Assembly (NCBI RefSeq): GCF_037042905.1
Contig: NC_087251.1
Coordinates: 13,890,001-13,954,000, forward strand
DNA length: 64,000 bases
Origin: Lytechinus pictus
Taxonomy: Eukaryota
Direction of reading: 5' to 3'
Shown in pieces: positions 28,306 through 41,067 of this stretch. Position 1 is the stretch's first letter. Every line of letters starts with the position of its first letter. The translations under genes were made by a program, and so were the position numbers. A model generated the notes under the pieces. It was not told where the DNA came from. It searched no databases and worked only from the letters and a program-made list of their open reading frames with translations.

Positions 28306-29611
28306 TTAATGACTTTGACATTATTTTCCTGCTATATATTACTGTCATGCGAACAAAAGAAGCAATTCTGTGGAACAAGTTTATGAGGAAATGTGTAAAA
28401 TTGTCATTGTCATTTTACATGTGGAAATATAGAATTTCTTGCTTTTTAAGTGACTCCATTTAGGAAACTTGGGGCCATGTGACTTCAATTAAACTGGCAT
28501 CATGAAGAAATTACATAATTAACCCAAATCAAGGGGAGTGTCAATTTTGAAGGATATAAAGTTGCTACCCTCTTTCCATATATACCCAGTAGGTATATTC
28601 AAGAAGACATCGTGGCCTCGGAGGAAACTTTCGAGAGCTTTGTTCTGTTGGATCTTCAAAGTCGTTGTTCCCAACTGTTTGGACATATGCAGGATGGAAT
28701 CTCTGATAGAATGACGTTAATTACCCGTCGCCATCACACCATATATGAAAAAAACGAAGATATAAGTGATCAAGACTTGTCTGATTTGGTAAACACGCAA
28801 GAAACTGAATTTATAAACCGCGCGCTGTATAATTATGTATAGGCCTACAGTACACAATACAACCAGGGAGTTGGGAGTCTCCCTGATACAACATCACGGC
28901 AGACGGTACAGTACACAAGTCTATGGCTAATGTTGTGCTGCTTTGTGCGATCCGATTGATTATGTGTGTGTGTGTATTGTATATGTAATCTATATACGAT
29001 AGTCTACGCTCAAAAACCTTATTGTAGGTATCAGGGGAAACATACACGATCCGATTCATTTATGATGTTTTTGTGTGTTTAATTTGATTTCTTTTATAAA
29101 TTATTTACAACAAAAAGTCCTTTCTTAGGTAATTAATATTCATTTTATCGGTAGATCACACCATATTTCTCAACCCAGTAATCTTCCCTGCTGTTAACAA
29201 AGACTAGCGGCTGAACGGGAGGCGTGTCCACTTTTAACGACTTTCCCTCAAAAATCTGAGGGAGTGACGTCACCGCTGAGCAACTGTTCTAGACGATATT
29301 TTTCTCGGAGTACAGGTTTTCGGTTTTGCGCGCACACTCGGCTGGGCGTACGCACGGAATAGAACGTATATATCGGTGAAAACAAATTCGTTTAATATCG
29401 TCTAGAACTAGACTATACCGATACCCGCGCGCGCACAAATAACCAACACACACACGCCCTCCACTGATTCACTTACCCCCAGTGATTCGCATAACCCAGT
29501 GATTCACCTAACCCACTGATTCACTTTCCCCTCAGGGGGTGTGTGTATGCATGTTATGGGGATGTAGTGTGTTATGTGTTTGGTAGTCGTATCGTACCAA
29601 ATAACAACAGT

Positions 29612-30283
29612 CCAGGGGGGGCCACTTCCATTGACGAGTGGATACCATGCGCGACCACGGGGTCTTGAGAAGCACCCTAAACACGTATTTTCCATATTCT
29701 GAAAATGCACCCCTTAACAAGTATTGGCGTGTGAAACCCTACCCTTAACAAGTATTGGAAACAAATACTATTGGCAAGTATTCCCAGAACTGAGCCCCTA
29801 AACAAGTACAGCGATGTATTTTCCATATTCTGAAAATGCACCCCTTAACAAGTATTGGAAACAAAACGATACTCTTAGCAAGTATTCCCTGAAATGAACC
29901 CCTAAACAAGTACAGATATATTGTATTTTTATGTCACGCGTCCGTCGGTCGTCGGTTTTACCTTTAGACACCATTATTTTGGTTAAGTACGGCCCCATCT
30001 TCCACACCTCGCGCAAATCGGACTCTAAACACGTAGTGTTGGGGCAAAAAGGACATCCTTTATAAAACATTTTGATTTTGTTTTATCATCCCCACACATT
30101 TGACCCTAAACACGTATATTTTTCCGGACAAAATAGATACCCTTTTTTCAATATTTTTGTGTTTTTGACACCCTTATCACGTTACGTACGTAACGTGCCC
30201 TATCTTGAAAAAGACATCCTTTTTACGTGTTTTTTTGGTCGCGCATGGTATCCACTCGTCAATGTAAGTGGCCCCCCCGGGGG
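29612..30283. mobile_element. MITE with about 45-bp TIRs; shorter relative at about 32523-32822
   Basis: GGGGCCACTTCCATTGACGAGTGGATACCATGCGCGACC versus GGTCGCGCATGGTATCCACTCGTCAATGTAAGTGGCCCC; internal direct repeat of about 130 bp. Confidence 0.7.
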
Positions 30284-30703
30284 AGGTGGACTAAAGCTCG
30301 AGCTGAAACTTGTCGATATTTTAACCTGAAAAAAGGAAAAAAAATTGTTAGGAATTCGTGATTATTATCTTATTTATGAATCTATAATAAGCCTAATGAG
30401 AGCGCAAAATTTGTTGATATTAAGGCCTGAAAACTGGACATTTTAAGCACTTTCATAACTACGAATAGGATGAATGGGTTAATATATTTTTAACAGTCGA
30501 TGCGAGCGCAAATCTCGAGCCGAAATTTTTGATCAACTGGCATGGAAAGTGTTTTTTTTAACTAGTTTGTTAGAATTGACTTAGAGATATACATAACTCA
30601 CCTGGATCCGCCTATGGAAAAAAAATTGGTTTGCCATTTTCTTGTTTATTCATCGGCAGAAAAGAATTATATGACTATATGATGAGATTCCTGCGTAAAT
30701 GAA

Positions 30704-31823
30704 GAGCCTGTTACAACCGATAATGTCGCAGCGAATGTGACATTATGCGTTGGATGATTTTGGCATAATGTCACAGTCAACGCATAATGTCGTAGCTTAA
30801 ATCGCTAACGCATAACGTCGCAAATCTTAACGCATAATGTCGCATGATCGGTATTTCATTCAGGAATCGAGTTGCAGATAAGATATGATACGTTTGGAGG
30901 GACAGGTGCGAGTGCAGAGGGGGGGGGGGGGCGATGCAGTATTGAATTCATTATGATGAAGAGTGGTCAAGGAGAGTGATCCAACTTTTGGGTCCCTGCT
31001 GGAGTCCAGTAGGTGTCAATAATTTTCTAAAGCGGGATTTCCTTAAAAGGGGATGGGACGCAGAATGTTTTCATCCATGTTTCCCCGATCGGCCGCTAAA
31101 AGCCAATTTTTGCTGTTGGTTTATAGAGGGAGCAGTCCCAACTAAAGACTGAAGTTTTAAGTACATTCAATAAGCTTTATTCTTACAAACAAGATAGGCT
31201 ATCTCGCATTACCTAAATAGATAATGAGAGCACGAAGTATGAGCTCAACCTTTAGGATATTGGATGCATTTAGACCCAAGCAATTAACATTTTGAGCAGT
31301 TTTTGGCAGTATAAAATTATTATGCAAGCACATTCTGAGTAACAATACGAAATATAATTTTTTTAATGTCATGAACAACAATGAAATGTAAATAAATTTT
31401 TATTTAGTTTTCATCTAGATGACCTTACTCTCTTGCAATATAAGTAGAATTGCATGTATAGCGATGTGCACAGATGAATGGTGTATGCGTATACTTGCGT
31501 TTCAATAGTCCACACATTACAATTTTTCAAAGTCCACCCCTTACTACTGACAATGAATTCGATACTGACCCCCTCCCCTGCATCCACACCTGCCCCACCA
31601 AACACGCTCTTCAAACGTTCATAGGACAGCTTGCACAAATTAATCAGTGAAAACATGTGTTATGTCTTATATTTAACTCGAGTCCTGAAGCGAATACCGC
31701 TGCGACATTATGCGTTAAGACTTGCGACGTTATGCGTTAGTAGAAAAGCTATTATGCGTTTACTGCGACATTATGCGTCGGACGCTCTCCGCATTAGCGA
31801 CCTTTCGCAATCCTAACGGACTC
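30704..31823. mobile_element. Non-autonomous TIR element with inverted subterminal arrays of ACGCATAATGTCGCA (GAG..CTC ends; possibly Sola-like)
   Basis: Motif array at 30715-30850 is mirrored as TGCGACATTATGCGT at 31695-31780. Confidence 0.55.
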
Positions 31824-32147
31824 TAATATTAGGGTCCCCTAATACAAAAGTTAACGCTTAATAACACTTGATTTTTAAGATTGATTGTACATTACAGTCA
31901 ATAGAATCAAACGTAGAAAACTGCTCTACAATCAATGCTAAGCTTTGTGTTACATGGGGGTTACAGGCCCTACAGATCTGCTTTTCGTGTGCAAAAATCT
32001 TTCCCGCGACACCCGCACCATACATGCATGTACATTACGACTGATGGCTGGAGATATTCGAAATGCAGGACCTACAATAGATTATGACATGGATAAGAAA
32101 GTGGTTTTTCAAACAAATCGAGTACATATTGAGTGAGGAAAAAGTTA

Positions 32148-32247
32148 CTGAATTAAGGCTTAGATATAGATCATTACAGTCCATCGAATCGATATTGCTG
32201 AATTAAGGCTTAGATATAGATCATTACAGTCCATCGAATCGATATTG
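32148..32247. repeat. Exact 50-bp tandem duplication
   Basis: CTGAATTAAGGCTTAGATATAGATCATTACAGTCCATCGAATCGATATTG twice. Confidence 0.9.
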
Positions 32248-33689
32248 CATTTAATGTGGATTATTGGTGGATCACTGGCAATTGATTCCATGGGTCAGAT
32301 CACCTCTCCCATGTCTCCAGCCGAAACCATTTCGCATGCGTTGATATATATGTACACGGCATAGGCAATAGGCCTAAACATGCTAAACGCGTCTGAACAC
32401 CAGTCAAATTTGCGGGTTTTTTTCTTTTGCTTATTCCTTCAACACAAACGATATGTCTCTAGCACACAATGTAATGGGCATTATGTTTTACTTTCCCCAG
32501 AAATGGGGGATTATATTCTAATTCCGGGGGGACCACTTCCATTGATAAGTGGATACCAGGCGCGACCATGGGGTTTCGAAAAGCACCCTAAACAAGGGAA
32601 GCAAATCTTTTCCAGATTAAGAAAATGCATCTCTTAACAAATATTTAGCTTGTGAAACCCTACAAGTATTGAAAACATATCCTCCTTTTCAGTATTTTAA
32701 ACATCGTTTTTGACACCCTTATAACGTCAAATAGGCCTATACGTAACGTACTTGCCCACTCTTTCCCTTTTTACGCGTGGTCGCGCCTGGTATCCACTCT
32801 TCAATGGAAGTGGGCACCTGGGCGGCCTCTCGAGCTCTGGGAGGAACCAAATGTGGCTTTGGAAAGTCGTCCTAAATCGGATATATCGCTGTTACCATAA
32901 TAGCAACTAGAATTTTGCACACGAAACGCAGATTGAATGTTTCCGTTCCAGATTCAAAACAAAAAAAAATCTCATGTCACACAATTTACATTGCAGGACA
33001 GAGTTTTACGACCATGACGACAGGCCCAAAAGTCTCTTCCAAAATCAACGACCGTCGCAAATAAGCGTTCGCGTTCCCCAACGAAAGGTCGGGATTAATG
33101 GTTGTAACAAAGCCTGCCTTAACAAAAGTTGCAATGATAGACGGAATCATTTTCCGCGCGGATCGCGCGGAGAAATCATGATTTTGTACTGAAGATGTAA
33201 AAACTAAATTTTATATTGTGTTTGGTTAATTTGCGGATTTCTGTGTAACAATTCAATTTTATTTTATTTTGCACTTACGGAATTATTGGGGGTGGTTAAA
33301 CGATACAATACAGTGATTGAAAGAAAAGTAACTTGCTCTGAACCTTCTTGTTATTTTTGTGATTTTATCTCCGTTTTATATCACCTGAACATGCTATAAC
33401 TTTCTTCGTGTACTTTCTACGTGTCTAGAGGAACATTTGGATTACCATGCTGCTTTTAAAATGTATATTTAATGCCATATTATGACATGCTGAACTAAGA
33501 GACTTGGAAGCCTTTTCTGTCTACAGTCCCACAGCCTTGTTTCCTACGTAAGTTCAACTCTGATTTTGCACAGTTGTGGTATGCTGATTTGACTTTATAG
33601 CTTATACCTCATTACCAGTAATCTCTATTCATCGATCTTACAACTAATCTGCTTATTGTTATTGACAAAGACTGAGGTGTAGTACTAAC

Positions 33690-33994
33690 AATGCCTGTAC
33701 TAGAAGTACAAAGCCTCAGACCCACTCCCAGGTTCCTGTAAAGGAAATTATAAGAGATGCAGATTTTCTAGCTGCTGTGAAAGAAGCAGTCATACAGACA
33801 ATGGATGATAAATTCAAGAACTTCGAGAAGCTTATAGATAGAGTAGAACAACAAGAAGGAAAGATTCATGAACTTGAAAATCAAATGGATAGAGTAGAGC
33901 ATGAAATAAAAAATCTCAGAGCGCTGGCAGAATGTCAAAATGAATGCATAAAAAGTTGCAAATGGCCCTAAATGACCAGGAGCAGTACTCGAGA
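33690..33994 (+). mobile_element. LINE ORF1 remnant (coiled coil followed by the NDQEQYSR motif), interrupted at 33995
   Basis: Heptad-like KFKNFEKLIDRVEQQEGKIHELENQMDRVEHEIKNLRAL; after a frameshift AAT GAC CAG GAG CAG TAC TCG AGA encodes the EQYSR(R) motif typical of L1/CR1/L2 ORF1 proteins. Confidence 0.7.
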
Positions 33995-34101
33995 TAGTCT
34001 AGATTCTAGACGTCGGTGTACTTGTTATTTCTCTCCCCTTGCTTTATTCTCCCATGCGCGCCATCTCCAGTGATCGCGCTATCCCCTCTTTCACGCCCCT
34101 C

Positions 34102-34332
34102 AAAAATTGAAATATTGTATAATTCAAAAAATAAAAAACAAAAACAGTGAGTGACATCATCGATTCTCTCATTTGGATGTAACTGGCTCGTTCATATAAC
34201 TATTTTTTGAAAATATGCGAACTTTGAAATGTCATAACTTTCTTATTTTACATCCGATTTTGATGAAATTTTCAGCATTGTGCTTGTCTGATTTTTCTAT
34301 ATTGATTCAAATCAACATTTTTCTGAGGTCCT
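34102..34332. mobile_element. Right half of Kolobok/T2-type MITE family 1
   Basis: Matches the 3' part of the copies at 18961 and 27730; ends CCT|TTAA. Confidence 0.7.
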
Positions 34333-37300
34333 TTAAAGATCTTGCATGGGGCATTTTATTCAGGTATTGTGTAACTTATGAGAAATAAAGTCATGCGGAG
34401 TTTATGTTAATTGCATTGATTATTATCGATGCATTTGAATGGAATATTTTGTTCAGATGAAATGTTTTCTTTCCATTGTAAACTTAGGGATATACAAGGT
34501 AGTAAGGTGCATTACATGATCAGCAAAGTGTCACTCAGGATTAGAGTAGTCATACTCATGTTTTCATGAAATTCAAGGTCTTTTTTTTTAATGTGTTAAC
34601 AGTGAATTTATCCTTGTTATACTTCATGATGAATATATTGATGTTCCAAATCTTGACAAATGTTCACCAAATATGAATGTTTTCAATAAAAAGCGTTATT
34701 GTTATTAAACTCGACTTATCAAGAATCTTCATGTCTTACATGTACATCCTTTGTGATCTTTTCTTTTGTCTATTCCCTTTCATTTACTCTCTTTCTTTCA
34801 CATTTTATCTTTTATGAGGGGTGAACCAGGGGGGGGGGGTGTTGATCCAAGTACCTGCCAACTGTTCCTATTAAATAGGAATAAATACGTTTGTGAAAGG
34901 AAAATTACCATTTTAACCAGTGTCTTCCTACAATGTATTTCTGTGAAAGATTTCATGTACATGTAGTATTGAATATGAAAATTACGAATGTTCTTTTTTC
35001 TGGAAATTTCTTGGTCATTTGTTCCTATTTTTTGGCTCTCGGGGTTGGCAGGTGCTGTATGTTTAAATTGTATAATAAAGAGATGATGAGTCAGAGGAGG
35101 GAATTTGGAAATGAAAGAGTGATGAGGGGGGGGGGACAGCAAGATACATGTCTATATGTGAGAAAGAGAAGGTGGGAGGGGGGGGGGGAAGAATTTGAAG
35201 AAAAAGTTAGATGTTGAGGGGGGGGATGATATACAGTTTGGAGAGAATTATGGGAATAATAGCAAGAAAGATGAGGAAGCGAGAATGTTTGAGAATAAAA
35301 GAACAAAACTATAAAATGGTGATGTTTCAAATCTGCTTTAGCTCAGGATATTTTGTAGTCTAATTTTCTGAAAATCAGCCCCAAAATAAGATGCACCAAA
35401 AATTTACGACATGCAGGGTTTATTATGGAAGAACCTCATTTCTATGGCATAATTTAAAAAAAAGTATTTTGTCTCCTAGTTACCATTTGAGGTTTGTCAG
35501 AATGCTCAGGAATAAAAAAGAAAGTTGATTTGAAACATACCCCCCCCCCCCTCCAGCATTCTATCTGGAGAAGACAACATACATACAAGTATTAAAGGAA
35601 AAAAAATGATGAGGTACATGTACATGTACATGCATCTCAAACTTTTTAAATTTTTACTTTCATTTACCTTTATCCCATCTCTCCCTTTTCTTCTTTTATG
35701 TCATGTCATTTCATCTCCCGTTTTCTCCCATCTCTCTATCTCTCTCTCTCTTGTCCTCCATTCATCAACACTGTATTCTTGCTTTTCTGTAAATTAGTTT
35801 TTCTTCCCTCGAATTCTCCTAACTCATTTTCTCCATCCTGTTATTTTAACCCCCCCCCACATCCTTCCCATTTCCATCCCCCCCCTCTCTCTCTCTAAAA
35901 TTACTTTTATTATTCAGTCATATCCATTTAAGACACTTTTCTTTGCTAAAAATGGCAGATAAGAAAACATTTCACAAAACTATTTAATTACTGATCAAGT
36001 TTATTAATGCTCATGTCAATGCCGAACGCCAAGACTCTGTACTTGTTGAGAAACAGTTCCATGATATATATATTTAAATATATACATTTATAAATACTTT
36101 TGGAGCTCCAAAGGTCAAAATTTATACAAACTACGATGTATCTCGAACCTTGAAAATATTAACCTATGATAAACATGCACAATTATGTAATGCAATTTAC
36201 ATGTACAGTGTACTTTCAGGAAATTTGCAGTCATGTCTATACATAAATATATATATATAAATATGTACATAAAAAGTGAAACTGAAGTGACCGAAAAAAT
36301 TATCAAACATACTATATAAAGTGTTCATGTAAAATCATGTCACCTGAATTTGTAGTATTACATGTACATGGAATAGGAAAAGTGTTTTTCAAAGAAAACA
36401 ACTTGTTCACATTGTACTGAAGTAAAATTACCATGCAGTGTATAGACATGTACATGTACGAATAACAAATGACGTCATGACAGAGCTTGCTCATCAGTGA
36501 ATGATTGGAATACACTCATGTAGATCTAACTTGTTCAAATACAAGCTGATAAAAAAGGTCCATACACCTGTAGGTCCATATTTTATTGTTCGAAATACAA
36601 ATCATGCTCATAAAATTCATTTTGCCCAAAAGAGCCCTGGAAAATAAAATAGAAAAGGAAATGTAAGTGTAAGATTTTTAAAGGAGTAAAAACAAATACA
36701 CAAAATCCCCAAATATCATGGAATACCAACAAATACTGTAGTCAAACTGTAGATACATGTATGGTAGTGGTACACGTGATGAATAACTAATAGATATACT
36801 CAATGTAAAACTCTGCTGGAAAACACAATCTGAATCATGCTGGTACATGATAATACATGTAAAGTATTATTGCAACATGAAAATGTACTTTTTCAACCTT
36901 TTATGCTATTTCACTCAAAATCCCATATTTCTGTTTACACTGAATGAATACACTTAACGATTTTTTTTGGCAATGTACATGCTTTCACAAAAATGTAGTC
37001 TTATATTCATGTAGTGTACATGCACATGCACATTGAGAATCCAGCAATTTACACTACATGTACTTTTTAAATGTTTGGCATACAATAATATTCTAATTCC
37101 ATGAAGGCACTGAACATTAAACGTTCATCTTTACATGGAGGTCTAGCAGGGGAAAATAATTACATGCACATGGAGCTCAGGGCGATGCTCAAAAGAGCCC
37201 TGGAAAATCCAAATTAATTTCATTGTTTAAGCTTGCCCGTTGTTGCAGATTTACTCAGTCGTAGGTTGTGGGGAAAAAAAAACCCAAAAGGAATTAATAT

Positions 37301-37364
37301 TTTGCCTGAGGTGTACATGTACATCTTGGTCACACGAGTGAACTGATGCCAACATCTTTCAACT

Positions 37365-38222
37365 TCATTCATCACTGTCACTAACGATTACAGGTCTTTG
37401 GTATTCATCCTCCGAAACTTCGCTACAGTCATCATCTTCATCTGACTCGTACAAGGTAAATTCTTGGTCACTTCCATCTACATGTGGGCTTCTTCCAAGA
37501 GTACTGCAAACAATGGCCCAAACATCTGGAGCAATCTTTCGGGGCAAAGTGTACCTTCGTGTAAATGAAGCGAAGTTCATTTCGACGTTACATTCCTTGA
37601 CAATTTGTTCTATGATTGGTAATATCCGCTCCGCAGTATATAAAGTTTGGTTCTGCCGACAGAAGATTGTCTCGATAATCATCCAGAGCTCGCTCTAAAC
37701 TGGTGACTTGGTTTGGAGAAGGAATGCTCAGCGGGAACTCTTCACAAACTCCCTTTTCAAGCGACTTTCTGACATTCTTTTCAAAGGGACCTCCGCAACC
37801 ACAATCGCACTCTGCTGTACATACGTCACAGCAATTGTGTGGAACCGTTTCCAGTGTTGAATCACTCGCAGCCCCAAACACCTCCCTGATAATCTTTCTC
37901 CTACAGCGAGTGCCCCCAATGAAGTCTTTCATGGATGTTGTTGTTGCTCTTCTTGCGGTGTCTCCAGGGTAACATAGAGTAATTGCAATGCTTGGCTTGC
38001 CATCCCGACCCACCCTTCCACTCATTTGGATGTAGTCGTCCAGTGCGCTGGTCCTCCCACACAAAACAGCTCTATGTACTTGACTGGAATCTACTCCCAT
38101 ACCGTAGGCGATGGTTGCAATCAGCACCCTTACTTCTCCTTGAGGTATTGCCATTGATTCAATTATTTTTTCCTGGATATCGTGTTCAGTGTTCGTATGG
38201 TACATGTTGACATACCTATGGC
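37365..38222 (-). pseudogene. Frameshifted, 5'-truncated RecQ-like SF2 helicase C-terminal half (AcademH-type)
   Basis: Motifs MYH (IV), VRVLIATIAYGMGVD (V), YIQMSGRVGRDG (VI), RecQ-type Zn module CRR...HNCCDVC. Frameshift near 37615 joins ...YCGADIT to IIEQIVKEC... and an acidic tail; no DEAH/Walker domain upstream. Confidence 0.85.
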
Positions 38223-38309
38223 AATCTTGCCACACCAATATTTTCATTAAGGTGGGGCGATCGCCCCCTCCCCCGGAACGACGCCTATGGTTGTGAAAGA
38301 AATGAGGTG

Positions 38310-38545
38310 AGAGAATAATGGTAAGCCTAGCTTAATTGAAGGTTCCCCAGAGCTATCCTTCATTTTTGAAAACTTGTAAGGGTGAGGCCGAAAAATGTCC
38401 TTGCCGGGATTCGAACCCGGGCCCCCAAACTTAGAACGCTGGGGCTTTAACCATTAACCACTAGAGCACGACTGAGACGTCAGTGTTTAGTACGATCCGA
38501 TCGACCGTCAGATTTAAGCTACGCCTGTCATTATTCTCTCACACA
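38310..38545 (-). mobile_element. tRNA-derived SINE-like fragment
   Basis: B box GGTTCGAATCC (38407-38417, minus strand) and A-box-like TAGTGGTTAA; no convincing cloverleaf. Confidence 0.55.
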
Positions 38546-39491
38546 ATCCCCCCCGCGTTTAAAGGGGTGTTTTTTCAGTTTTGGATGAGGGCCGCGCGCG
38601 CACTCGTTAAGGGTATCAAAAAACACAGAGTTTGAAGAAAAAGGGTGGTTTTGAAAGACTGGTCAATCGCGGGGTCAAACGTATTTAGGGTATGTTTTTC
38701 CGTAAGCTTTTTTCCCGGGGTCATATTCTGGCGACAACATGTTTAGGAGCTAAAATGTGTAAATAAAGCCCGCGAAAAACTTGTTTAGGGGGTTATTTTG
38801 CACACAGAGAAAAAAAATCGTTTGAAGGTTGTTTGGAAATAACTTGGTCGTGCATGTGTACAGCAATACATTTTACTGTTTCTTTTACAACACACAGAAT
38901 ATATGTAAAAAAACTATTCTACTTTTGATTAATTTCGCAAGTGAATATACATTTTGGGCCAGGTATTGTGCTTGTCTTTTACGTTGGCGTCTCATGCGGA
39001 TGCGGTGAAAAAGCAAATTATGTAATATGTATAGGCCATGCAAATATGAATATTTGCTTATCAGCCAAGAATCGAGAGGAATTCAATGCTTCATCTTTTG
39101 TCATGCAAATCAGTCGCCTTCTGGCACTGTAGCAGCAAGGTACAAACTGGTTTCAATGGTACTTTGTACTCTGTATTTCCACCATTATAATATGCTTAGC
39201 AGAGCATGAGGAAGCCACCAAAATGACAGTGGGTGCTGTATTGCTTTTAAGCTAGGATGTAGGATTCTGCAAAATCATCCAGGTCTGTGTACGAAATTCA
39301 TTGTAGTCAAACCCTGTACTTAAAGACATCCACCAGCCACCCTCTGTATTACTGTTTGCAACCTATACATGCCATATAAAAATCCAAAAAACTACGTATG
39401 TTCGGGACATAATTGCTTTACGCCCAGGTGTGTTTTAAAAACACAGTCTCCTAATAGATTACTGTCCCTTTGAAAATAGAAAAAGGGAAAT

Positions 39492-39675
39492 ATGGCGCAA
39501 CCAGAGCAACAGCAACATCAACCGACTGTGTTCGTGCAACCACAGCCAGGACAACCCGTCGTTGTACAACATCAGCAACAGAATCTACCTAATGCATGCC
39601 GGGCAGCCATACCGTCAATGCATATGGCTATGTCTGTCACCTGTCTCGTCATCAACTGCATCATTCCAGGAATAG
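39492..39675 (+). CDS. SPEC3/stum-like paralogue B, coding exon 1
   Basis: MAQPEQQQ...NACRAAIPSMHMAMSVTCLVINCIIPGI; donor G|GTAAT, phase 1, same position as in SPEC3. Confidence 0.9.
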
Positions 39676-39774
39676 GTAATACATCTACGTATTATTGATC
39701 TCATTCTAGATTGTTAATTTAAAAAATATTTCTGAACATAGCATGATGCATATGAATACCTTGAGCATTCTATG

Positions 39775-39929
39775 CAGGGGCCGCGGAAGCGGGGGGCTAG
39801 GGGGGCTTCAGCCCCCAACTTTTTCCAAAACCGTGTACAAAAACGCAAAAATGACCATATATATGATTGTGATTTTTTGCATATGGTAGGCCCCCCCCCC
39901 CCACTTTGAAAACCGTTCCGCGGCCCCTG
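39775..39929. mobile_element. Small MITE in gene B intron 1
   Basis: TIRs CAGGGGCCGCGGAA / TTCCGCGGCCCCTG; TATG on both flanks. Confidence 0.7.
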
Positions 39930-40469
39930 TATGCCTCATGTTACTCTCACATGAAGGGTATGATTGAGTCCTTGGTCCTTGATTTTTTTTCATGAGAAAA
40001 AAAATCGATGTGTGGCATTTAAAGGATGAGAGAGAGAGAGATAGAAAGAGAGAGGGAGATGGGGGGGGGGGGTATATCATTCTCGCTCCTGTACCAAAAA
40101 AAGATATCATTATCATTGTCTTTCATTGTATGTGTGTGTGTGTGTGTTAACGACTAGACCATTAAAGGTTCACCTGTTCCATGACATTGGCTTTTGTCAC
40201 AACCCCAAGGTCATATTCTGATTTCAGATGCAGGTTTTGGTTCATTTTATTTACAGCTCGATATCAATTATATACAATACGCATGATGTATGGCAACAGT
40301 ACAATAACAGCATAATAAAATCAATACTGCTATGACAACCACATGCGTGAGAATCAATACACGGTATCATGAGCATGTACATGGTAATATGATTTAATAA
40401 CATTAAATCAATGTTGATATAAAACAAAGTATGATATCATATTAAATGTCATTTCCACCCTAAAGTTAA

Positions 40470-41067
40470 AGGACAGGTCTACCCTAACAAAAAAGTTGAT
40501 TTGAGTAAAAGGAAAATATACAAGAAGCATTACACTGAAAATTTCATCAATATCGGATGTAAAATAAGGAAAATATAACATTTAAAAGTTTTGCTAAATT
40601 TAACAAAACAGTTATATGCACATCCTGATCGGTATGCAAATTGGCAGACTCTTGACGCCACCCACTCACTATTTCTTTTGTATTATATTTTATGAAATAT
40701 GAATATTCTAATTCATTCATTCAAAACAAAACAAAATTTTATTCGTCCCGGAACATGTGGAATTACCATTATTCAGTTTATGGTTAAGTCACGTTGGTCA
40801 TTTTTGTCAAATCTGTACAAATTCAAATATCGTATAATTCAAACAATAAAAAAACAAAAAAAAAATAGTGAGTGAGGGACATCATCGACTCTCTCATTTG
40901 CGCATTACTGAGTTGTGCATTATAACTGTTTTTGTGAAAAATAAGCGAAACTTAAAAATGTCATAACTTTCTTATTTTACATCGGATTTTAATGAAATTT
41001 TCAGCGTTATGCTTGCTAGATTTTTGTCTATCGATCCAACTAACAATTTTAGGGGTGGACTTGACCT
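40470..41067. mobile_element. Kolobok/T2-type MITE family 1 in gene B intron 1
   Basis: TTAA|AGGACAGG...GACTTGACCT|TCAA. Confidence 0.75.

Larger units (their letters stand above)
21381..29415. mobile_element. Non-autonomous AcademH-type DNA transposon, 8035 bp, 9-bp TSD TACCGATAC
   Basis: TAGTCTAGTTCTAGACG...CGTCTAGAACTAGACTA ends; about 151-bp TIRs (right 29265-29415) with 2 visible mismatches; perfect TSD at 21372-21380 and 29416-29424; no recognisable transposase ORF inside. Confidence 0.85.
33995..38250 (-). mobile_element. Truncated AcademH-type transposon (one terminus plus helicase 3' half)
   Basis: Begins TAGTCTAGATTCTAGACG, nearly identical to the terminus at 21381; a RecQ-like helicase fragment lies 3.4 kb inside; no second TIR or TSD seen, so the linkage is inferred. 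Confidence 0.6.

Noticed and set aside
28612..28842. 76-aa ORF inside the 8-kb element, faintly like a Crypton/DUF3504 N-terminus (DISDQDLSDLVNTQE)
   Set aside because: Too short, non-ATG start and no catalytic motifs; needs an HMM search.
37588..38247. Functional host RecQ gene (BLM/WRN/RECQL)
   Set aside because: No N-terminal DEAH domain, frameshifted, intronless and embedded in transposon DNA.
38397..38467. tRNA gene
   Set aside because: A/B boxes are present but acceptor and anticodon stems do not pair convincingly; SINE head is more likely.
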